Shown here: positions 9,655-16,323 of the stretch, one piece after another
Layout of the letters: every line of letters starts with the position of its first letter
Position numbering within the stretch: the stretch's first letter is position 1
From: Promethearchaeati archaeon
GTDB taxonomy: Archaea > Asgardarchaeota > Heimdallarchaeia > Heimdallarchaeales > Heimdallarchaeaceae
NCBI GenBank assembly: GCA_013166775.1
Contig: JABLTJ010000056.1
Coordinates: 1 to 16,760, forward strand
Length of the DNA: 16,760 bases
Direction of reading: 5' to 3'
Notes under the pieces: model-generated
Seen by the model: only the letters and a program-made list of their open reading frames with translations
What the model was told of the DNA's origin: nothing
Databases searched by the model: none
Position numbers and translations under genes: made by a program

Positions 9655-9824
9655 AAAATTAATGAGTTTTGAGTATATAAACTTCTGAAATACAATAAAT
9701 ATTGGTTAAAAAACATTTCTTCGAATAAAAAGGGAAAATGCTTATATCTTTCACTCTTATTGCCTATTATTCTTGATTTGAATAATTTCGTTTTATATAA
9801 ACGCGATTAGAACAAAAGAGTTGA

Positions 9825-9906
9825 TATATTGAAAAAGAAAAAAATATCATTATATTTCTAATTTATATTGAAAAAGAAAAAAATATCATTATATTTCTAA
9901 TTTATA
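9825..9906. repeat. Exact 39-bp tandem duplication
   Basis: tatattgaaaaagaaaaaaatatcattatatttctaatt at 9825-9863 and 9864-9902, plus 4 nt. It includes the TrxR stop codon and the T-rich terminator. Confidence 0.95.
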
Positions 9907-11084
9907 ATTTTCAGATAATCACGAATCTTCAAAGCCACCCTAGCTCCCTCACCAACTGCTGAAGCAATTTGTCTTGTCGATTTACTCCTACAATCACCAA
10001 TTGCATATATTCCTTGGATATTTGTCATCATATTTTCATCTGTTTTAATAAATCCATTTTCATCTAAAACCGCAAGATGTTCTACGATTTTAGCATTTGG
10101 TTCAAGCCCTGCAAATATGAACACTCCATCCGGTTTGAGAATAACTTCTCTTTGATTAATTCTATCAAAGCAAACTACTCCCTTTAGTTGTTTTTTCTCC
10201 CCTGTTTGAAATTCCTTAATTTCATAACTTGTCAAAGTTTTTATTTTAGGATTTGCAGATATTTCTTTCTGAATAACCTTAGAAGCTGTTAATTCATCCA
10301 TAATCTCTACAATTATTATTTCTGAAGCAAAACGAGACAAGATAAGGGATTCTTGTAGAGCAGAATTTCCTCCTCCTACAACTAAAACTTTCTTATTTTT
10401 ATAGTATGAACCATCACATATTGCACAAAAATGAATTTTGTACCCAGTTAAATACTCTTCACCTTCAACACTAAGTTTTTTGTATTCGGTTCCAGTAGCT
10501 AAAACTATAATCTTTGCTTTTAAAACATCCCCATGAGAAGTTCTAACAATAAATCCTTTTGCTTCCTTTTCAATTTTAGTAACTAATGTAGCTTTGAGCA
10601 ATTCTACTCCAAACTTCTCAGCTTGTTGAGTAAAAGCTAATGCTAGATTCTCACCAGTTACACCTTTAGGAAAACCAGGATAGTTCTCTATTCTTTCAAT
10701 GTAAAATAATCTTCCTCCTAAAGCACCCTTTTCAATAACAATAGTACTCATACCTTCTCTAGCTGAATAAATGGCACAAGTTAATCCGGAAGGTCCACTT
10801 CCAACAATTAGAACATCATAATTGGTTTTGGAAGGTTTTGATACTAAATCTAATTTCTCAGCAAGCTCAACATTTGTTGGTTCTATAAGATATGTTCCAT
10901 CAGAAAATTCTATAGTTGGAACTTTTCTTTTACCATCATTAATTTTTTCAACTATTTGTGCAGCTTTCTCATCCTCTGCGATATTGATCAATTCATAATC
11001 TATTCGATGTTCAGCGAGAAATAATTTGGATTTCTTACAATCAGAACACCAAGGAGTACCATAAAATCTGATTATTTTCATCAT
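9897..11084 (-). CDS. trxB: Glutaredoxin-like domain fused to thioredoxin reductase (FAD-dependent disulfide reductase)
   Basis: N-terminal WCSDC and VPTI (Grx/NrdH-like). GSGPSG FAD motif, ENYPGFP, CAICDG active site, GGGNSA, and GIYAIGD. Confidence 0.9.
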   Translation of the reverse strand: MMKIIRFYGTPWCSDCKKSKLFLAEHRIDYELINIAEDEKAAQIVEKINDGKRKVPTIEFSDGTYLIEPTNVELAEKLDLVSKPSKTNYDVLIVGSGPSGLTCAIYSAREGMSTIVIEKGALGGRLFYIERIENYPGFPKGVTGENLALAFTQQAEKFGVELLKATLVTKIEKEAKGFIVRTSHGDVLKAKIIVLATGTEYKKLSVEGEEYLTGYKIHFCAICDGSYYKNKKVLVVGGGNSALQESLILSRFASEIIIVEIMDELTASKVIQKEISANPKIKTLTSYEIKEFQTGEKKQLKGVVCFDRINQREVILKPDGVFIFAGLEPNAKIVEHLAVLDENGFIKTDENMMTNIQGIYAIGDCRSKSTRQIASAVGEGARVALKIRDYLKIIN

Positions 11085-11410
11085 TCTTGCGAAGAAGAGA
11101 ATATCAATTCAATTTGAATATTTGCCAATGACTGTAAAAAATACACATAATAAACTCTAACATGAATATTTTTCTCGTATCTGAAAAGAATTATGCAAAG
11201 AAATTCTGAAATAAACAAGATATTCTAGTTTTCTCTTTGGAGACTTTTAGAAAACCAAGATCCTAAATATATCTATATAGCTAAGATACTTGTTCTCTAA
11301 CACTTACTTTACCTACTTCTAATCATAGGTAAGTAAGTACTCTAGAGAGTACTCTACCAATGCAGAATTGTCCTTTGTTCTGCAATGTGCGTTTCGCACT
11401 GCTTGCTTTT

Positions 11411-12814
11411 TTATCTGTAAGCTACTGTTTTTCCACTACTACCGTTACTGATGTGTTTGTAAATAGCTGCTCCGTTACCGTTGGTGTGTCCATTGGCATA
11501 GTTACTGTTTCCATTACCAATGTGTTTGTGTAGATTGACTTCACCAAAGTTACCATTTTTGTGTTTTTCTTCTATAACAGTAACAACACTATTGAATAAC
11601 CAATCTTCGTTAGTTTTCCATTCAGAAGCGTCCCAATCGAAGTTATCGATGTAGAACGGCCACCACATCCCATGCTTCCCAAAGAAGTCCAGGGAGTAGA
11701 TTTTGTGATTCTTGAAAGTACTCCAAATCAAGTAAGATAACTTGGAATCGTAGTATGGAGGAAGTGATAATCTAAGGAAAATACCCCGATCTAAGAGCTC
11801 AAAGCCTGTTTGAAAAGGTGGATTTTCTTCATTCAAAAAGTTGTAGAACTGGTTCTTTTCCTTTTCAGAAGCATCTTCAATAATAAAAGCACGTGTAACA
11901 TGCTCCTCAAAAAGCTTCCTACTAAAATTCCATCTAGGATTAGTTATCAGATAATTCTTGACTACGTTGTAGTATTTTCGACCAAAATCGACTTTGGTGT
12001 TGTGGCCATTGCGGGTATCAAAGAACTCCCCAAGATTGTAGTAGAAGTTCTTCTCAGTGTCTGAAAGACGGATTTTCTTACCTAAGTGTTGGTAATATTC
12101 TCTGTAGTATTCAATAAGATCTGTTTGCTTGGTACGGATACCTATTTGTTTTCCATTTTCAGAGTGACTAGTAAGATCACGTAAGAGTAGGAAATGGAAA
12201 GGCTCGATAGGTTTTTCTCCTTCATCAGTAACAACAACAATTTTGCCGTTTTTAACAGTAACAGCGCTTCTAACTCCGTTAACTAAATCAGAACTCTTTT
12301 GTAAACGTTTTTCCCAGAAGGAAATGATATCAAAAGGTTCAGGTTCAGATGTGTAATTGGGTAAGGGAGCTGGTCGTGAGAAACGATGACCTGTAGCTTT
12401 GAAAATTGTATAGTCGTCACAAAATTCTTCTTCAACGAGATATTCTAAGAACTTATTAAAAGCTCCATTGACGTTTGTAGGTAGATCGAATTGGGCATAA
12501 ATGCCGAATCTTTCGCCGTAAAAACGATTGTATCCGCGTATATAATTGTGTTCAGATATGGCGCTTTGTAAGAGCGTAAACTGGTGGAGTTGGGAAATAT
12601 TGAAAACAACACCATATCTGGCAAGACCTATACGTTCGGGAACGAAAGAGGCAATAGGGTTGCGAAGAATACCTTTAGTTTTTAGTGATTCTACTCGTCG
12701 AATCATGGTTTGTGGAGAAATGTTGAGTTTCTTACCCAACGAAGAATATGGCTCCAGTGGATAATTCTGCAAGACATTCAAGATTTTTCTGTCAAGTATG
12801 TTGAGTTGATCCAT
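11411..12814 (-). CDS. Large Lrp/AsnC-type wHTH transcription regulator (probably tandem HTH-RAM units) with low-complexity tail
   Basis: LDRKILNVLQ...YSSLGKKLNISPQTMIRRVESLKTKGIL is an AsnC-type HTH, followed by RAM-like beta/alpha segments and a second degenerate unit from FHFLLLRDL. ATG 12814 has SD-like gaggt upstream. Confidence 0.8.
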   Translation of the reverse strand: MDQLNILDRKILNVLQNYPLEPYSSLGKKLNISPQTMIRRVESLKTKGILRNPIASFVPERIGLARYGVVFNISQLHQFTLLQSAISEHNYIRGYNRFYGERFGIYAQFDLPTNVNGAFNKFLEYLVEEEFCDDYTIFKATGHRFSRPAPLPNYTSEPEPFDIISFWEKRLQKSSDLVNGVRSAVTVKNGKIVVVTDEGEKPIEPFHFLLLRDLTSHSENGKQIGIRTKQTDLIEYYREYYQHLGKKIRLSDTEKNFYYNLGEFFDTRNGHNTKVDFGRKYYNVVKNYLITNPRWNFSRKLFEEHVTRAFIIEDASEKEKNQFYNFLNEENPPFQTGFELLDRGIFLRLSLPPYYDSKLSYLIWSTFKNHKIYSLDFFGKHGMWWPFYIDNFDWDASEWKTNEDWLFNSVVTVIEEKHKNGNFGEVNLHKHIGNGNSNYANGHTNGNGAAIYKHISNGSSGKTVAYR

Positions 12815-12855
12815 TTTTTTAGACCTCAAATTTTTTCATTTGATTTTTTTCTATT

Positions 12856-12965
12856 TTTGTACGAGAGAAATTAGGAAATCCATAAGAAATAGAGATGAAT
12901 GTACAAAACCTCTGAACGAAACTCTTGTACAAGAGCCTGAAGAGAGAGTTTTGTACAAGATCTCT
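12856..12965. promoter_or_regulatory. Array of TGTACA operator-like boxes upstream of the Lrp-type gene
   Basis: GTAC cores at 12901, 12927 and 12953 (26-bp period), plus a weaker one at 12859. Perfect palindrome ctcttgtacaagag at 12922-12935. Confidence 0.7.
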
Positions 12966-13071
12966 AGTTGAAACACCCAAATGAGACTTAAGCCCCAAAG
13001 GAGTTCACGTTTATAGACCTCTAAATTACTTCGTGTGGTTTGACCCCTTGCTATTAAGCTTATACTAAGCT

Positions 13072-13188
13072 GGTTGATCAGATAACCCCAGTATAAAACC
13101 TATGGAGCGTCGTTGACCCCTATGACGCCCCCAAGGTTTCTTTCACTACGCCGAGGAAAGGGGTGGGGTTTTCTGGCGATTTTTTTTT
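13072..13188 (+). ncRNA. Candidate ~110-nt structured RNA (three-way junction)
   Basis: GC-rich island. Pairings are 13078-13090/13164-13176, 13096-13113/13122-13139 and 13140-13144/13156-13160. T9 runs follow on the + strand. Confidence 0.45.
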
Positions 13189-13204
13189 GTTATCGTGATT
13201 TTTT

Positions 13205-13519
13205 TTATAATGTTCCGTCAGCAAATGAACCACCGATTGGTTCATCTGGATATCCTCCATCAGGACCTCCGCCACTTGCGAAGTTTCCACCGATTGGTTC
13301 ATCTGGATATCCTCCATCAGGACCTCCGCCACTTGCGAAGTTTCCACCGATTGGTTCATCTGGATATCCTCCATCAGGACCTCCGCCACTTGCGAAGTTT
13401 CCACCAATAGGTTCATCAGGATACCCACCATCAGGACCTGCGACTACAATTGCGCTTGCAACTACTGCAAGTAACGATACTAAACAAACGACTCCTAATA
13501 ATTTTGTTTTAGCCTTCAT
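13205..13519 (-). CDS. Small secreted tandem-repeat peptide precursor (104 aa: signal peptide plus 4 GPDGGYPDEPIGG-containing units)
   Basis: Signal peptide MKAKTKLLGVVCLVSLLAVVASAIVVA, then (GPDGGYPDEPIGGNFASGG)x3 and GPDGGYPDEPIGGSFADGTL. SD-like ggtgg 9 nt upstream of ATG 13519. The TATA box at 13582-13575 argues against ATG 13570. Confidence 0.8.
   Translation of the reverse strand: MKAKTKLLGVVCLVSLLAVVASAIVVAGPDGGYPDEPIGGNFASGGGPDGGYPDEPIGGNFASGGGPDGGYPDEPIGGNFASGGGPDGGYPDEPIGGSFADGTL
13230..13438. repeat. 57-bp coding tandem repeat, ~3.7 copies
   Basis: Three identical units (13230-13286, 13287-13343, 13344-13400) and a partial fourth (13401-13438) with 5 substitutions, all synonymous. 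Confidence 0.97.
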
Positions 13520-13554
13520 TTCTATTATCCACCAGCTTTTAATAATAAAGCTCA

Positions 13555-13601
13555 TGTTACAATTTTCCATAGTATATATAAAGCTTTGGAAAATCGTAAC
13601 A
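13555..13601 (-). promoter_or_regulatory. TATA box of the peptide gene enclosed by a 15-bp inverted repeat
   Basis: tgttacaattttcca (13555-13569) and tggaaaatcgtaaca (13587-13601) match 14/15. The 17-bp spacer contains minus-strand TTTATATA. Confidence 0.7.
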
Positions 13602-13933
13602 GCTACCCTCTGAAGTACCCTTAGACTGCCTTACTTGGTTTTCTAATTTAATTTGTGTCGGCAGAGAATTTTACTTAGATATTTACTTAAGTGTAAGGCA
13701 AATCAATTAACAATGTGCTTTCATCGTGTAACATTGCGGTATATATGGCCATAATATTCACTTGTCTTTTTCTTCATTTAAATATAAAAACACCTAATAA
13801 AATCTAAAATTCTTTTGATTAATTTCTTATTACTTTCAGTTAAGTTATTCACTAAATTTCGACAAAATAAGCTAGGTAGTACTCTCATTTGTGTAATCGA
13901 TTGCACATTCGTTTTCATTCTTTATTTTGCGAT

Positions 13934-16138
13934 CTAATGATATTTTTTCGCAACTAATATGACACTTAACAATTCTTCAGTTTTCATTGTAGGTGAATTT
14001 ATTATCCATTCAGGTAAATCTGGAGGATTTGAATCAACCATTTCTTGCCACTGTTCATCTGTCAGTCTATCATTCATTGGGTGTTTGAATTCATAATAAG
14101 AGAAAGTTCCACCCTTTGTTAGTCTCAGATTTCCGTCGTGATCTTGTACAACCACATATATGATAAACGGGTCACCCACTGCAACTTCTAGTATTTGTTC
14201 TGTATTTACATCTGTATATACATCTGCAATTAGAGCTAATCTATTAGCTTCTCCAGTTGATACATCTCCTATCTCGGAATCTAGTATCTCTCCAAAATTC
14301 TCCCCAACGTGACCAATGAAACGTACATCACTCTCATTCAAAGGTATGTTTTCTAATTCTTTTATGGAGATTTCTGTCAATCTATCGAATATACTCTTAC
14401 ATTCTAGTAACTTATCGTTAAAAGTTTCATTAAGTAATCCTCTTGCTGTCAATCCGTCATACATGAGTTTCACTAAACTGCTTAATCTAGAATATACTTC
14501 AGGAATTGGTTCTACATACCCATCCTTTATATGAGGACCTGAATAATAAAACGAATATGCTTGTTTTGCATAAAGAAGTGTGTCATGCCTTAATTCTACC
14601 CATGAACCCAATGTTGTCATGAGAGATTTATCTTCCCAAGCATCATTCAACATGAAACCAGGATATCCCTCAGAAGCATGATTTAGAAGTGGAAAGAGAT
14701 TGTATAACCACATCCAATAGAGGTTTTGAGTCCAATCATAATCAGTCAGGTTTCCAAATTCAGTTCTTAGTTCATGTATTTTTGAGTTATAATCAGTATA
14801 TGTGGTATTTTCTTCTTGTAAATGATAAGCTGCTCTAGAACTTCCAAAAACCGAAAAAACATCTAATGCTTTTGGGAAATTCCTTAAAGTTACTTTATTA
14901 TGTACTAATTGCTGAAAGATGTACGAATCTGGGATAAACCTTTGTCCAAACAATCTGAAGCTTTTAGTTACATCTTCAAATTCAAATTTGTCTAAAATAA
15001 ACATTGAATTGATTCTAGGATCTCTATAGTTCTTAGCATCTTCAATCATTGCTAAGATTAATGTCTCATCACTCAGCTCATCCCCTTGAACAAAACTATG
15101 ATTTTTCCATATCTGAAAATACTCTTTTGGAGTTAAATCATCGCTTTTCCCAACATAAAAGGTAGTAGGCTCGTACATCTTATCCCAAAAATCCCAACAA
15201 GTTTCATCTCCTATCGTGGAATTAAACGAAGAAACAAGTAACATTGCCATTCTTGTTTGTTCTATTCCCATTTCTATTCCCATTTCTATTCCCCCCATTG
15301 GATTCTGCAGATGAAATCCCATTCTTCCTGCATACATCATTGCTTTGAAATATTTCTTTAGAATCTCACTTTTAGTGTAATGTCCTCTGGGTTTGTATTG
15401 ACTATAATCTTCTATATATCCGAATATTGACGATTCAGCTAAAGTGCTGCTGTTTATTTTATCAAGTTCCGAATTCGCTAATTCCGAAACTTCGATAGGA
15501 ATTACATATGAATCATTTAATAGGTACAACATTACTGAGAGATAAGCGATATTTTTCCTTAGAGCATCATAAACAATAGGTTCTGTTACACTTGAATTTA
15601 TATTAAATTGTGAATCTCTTAAAGCACTTAATATTGTGATAAAATCGTTATAAAAATAATCAGCTTCTATTATTCTTAAACTATAATCAAAAAGTGAATG
15701 ATATGTATGTAAACATAAATCACTAGTTACAAAAAACGGATCTTCATTATAGGTATTATAGATTTCAAAGATGTCTGTAAATCCCTCATCTACAATTACA
15801 AATCCGTATTGAGAAATTATTTTTTTCAAATCATTAGAAAGTTCAGTTCCCTGTAAATCTACATTACTCAAATCAGAATTGATTTTTATAGGAATTATAG
15901 ATGGTTGATAATCCAATTGTTCAGGAATATACTCACCAAAACTTGTTTGAACTGATTCATCAATTGAGTAAGCTGCTGCTGTACCCTGGAGTATTCCCAT
16001 CCCTTCATAATTAATTACCCATTCATTATCTAAGGATTCGTTCGGTTTTAAAGGGAGAAATACAACCAAAGTAGAAATTATTATACATATTGAAATCGCT
16101 GAAAAACTATAGATAATCAGTTTTTTTGAGATTTTCAT
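13934..16138 (-). CDS. DUF3160-domain protein, N-terminally membrane anchored
   Basis: DYSQYKPRGHYT, FGQRFIPDS, SWVELRHDTLLYAKQ, GYVEP, SYYEF and RLTDEQW motifs match my recollection of DUF3160. Confidence 0.88.
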   Translation of the reverse strand: MKISKKLIIYSFSAISICIIISTLVVFLPLKPNESLDNEWVINYEGMGILQGTAAAYSIDESVQTSFGEYIPEQLDYQPSIIPIKINSDLSNVDLQGTELSNDLKKIISQYGFVIVDEGFTDIFEIYNTYNEDPFFVTSDLCLHTYHSLFDYSLRIIEADYFYNDFITILSALRDSQFNINSSVTEPIVYDALRKNIAYLSVMLYLLNDSYVIPIEVSELANSELDKINSSTLAESSIFGYIEDYSQYKPRGHYTKSEILKKYFKAMMYAGRMGFHLQNPMGGIEMGIEMGIEQTRMAMLLVSSFNSTIGDETCWDFWDKMYEPTTFYVGKSDDLTPKEYFQIWKNHSFVQGDELSDETLILAMIEDAKNYRDPRINSMFILDKFEFEDVTKSFRLFGQRFIPDSYIFQQLVHNKVTLRNFPKALDVFSVFGSSRAAYHLQEENTTYTDYNSKIHELRTEFGNLTDYDWTQNLYWMWLYNLFPLLNHASEGYPGFMLNDAWEDKSLMTTLGSWVELRHDTLLYAKQAYSFYYSGPHIKDGYVEPIPEVYSRLSSLVKLMYDGLTARGLLNETFNDKLLECKSIFDRLTEISIKELENIPLNESDVRFIGHVGENFGEILDSEIGDVSTGEANRLALIADVYTDVNTEQILEVAVGDPFIIYVVVQDHDGNLRLTKGGTFSYYEFKHPMNDRLTDEQWQEMVDSNPPDLPEWIINSPTMKTEELLSVILVAKKYH
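15260..15293. repeat. 12-bp in-frame tandem repeat (~2.8 copies) in the DUF3160 gene
   Basis: ttctattcccat x2 plus ttctattccc, encoding GIEMGIEMGIE. Confidence 0.9.
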
Positions 16139-16323
16139 TTAAACCACTAAACTTGCTTTTGAAATTACAGACCACAGTAATTCACAGCTTACAATGATTC
16201 AGACACTAATAAACTCTCTTCAAGTAGGGAATTTCATCTTGTTTTCCTTCTTGAATTTGGGTGAAATATGAATACTGCATAATCAGAATCTTCTTCTTTG
16301 TTTCCTTTTTACATGAACATGAA

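Noticed and set aside
12960-13180. Replication origin (ORB G-strings), tRNA, 5S or SRP RNA
   Set aside because: G/C runs are present, but there is no repeated TTCCAGTGGAAAC-type ORB, no cdc6/orc1 gene, no cloverleaf and no SRP/5S conserved motifs.
13120-13431. Other-frame repeat ORFs (13120-13431 minus, 13195-13410 plus)
   Set aside because: Shadow frames kept open by a stop-free 57-bp repeat.
13230-13438. CRISPR array
   Set aside because: Head-to-tail repeats with no unique spacers, unit length a multiple of 3, and no cas genes.
13113-13613. Plus-strand 166-aa ORF with (PPIGSSGYPPSGPPPLAKF)n repeats
   Set aside because: Its third codon positions coincide with those of the minus-strand gene, so the synonymous changes are silent in both and do not discriminate between them. 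It has a TTG start inside the structured element, crosses poly-T runs and has no plausible ends. The minus ORF has a signal peptide, SD and TATA box.
11300-13900. Integrated mobile element
   Set aside because: No integrase or transposase and no convincing att/TIR pair. The shared agtactct (11336, 13878) is only 8 bp.
421-14534. Short ORFs nested in long genes (421-630, 904-1143, 1161-1361, 3797-3991, 5798-6121, 6896-7108, 9260-9451, 11810-12064, 12546-12764, 14316-14534)
   Set aside because: Antisense or alternate-frame shadows of well-supported genes, with no recognisable motifs.
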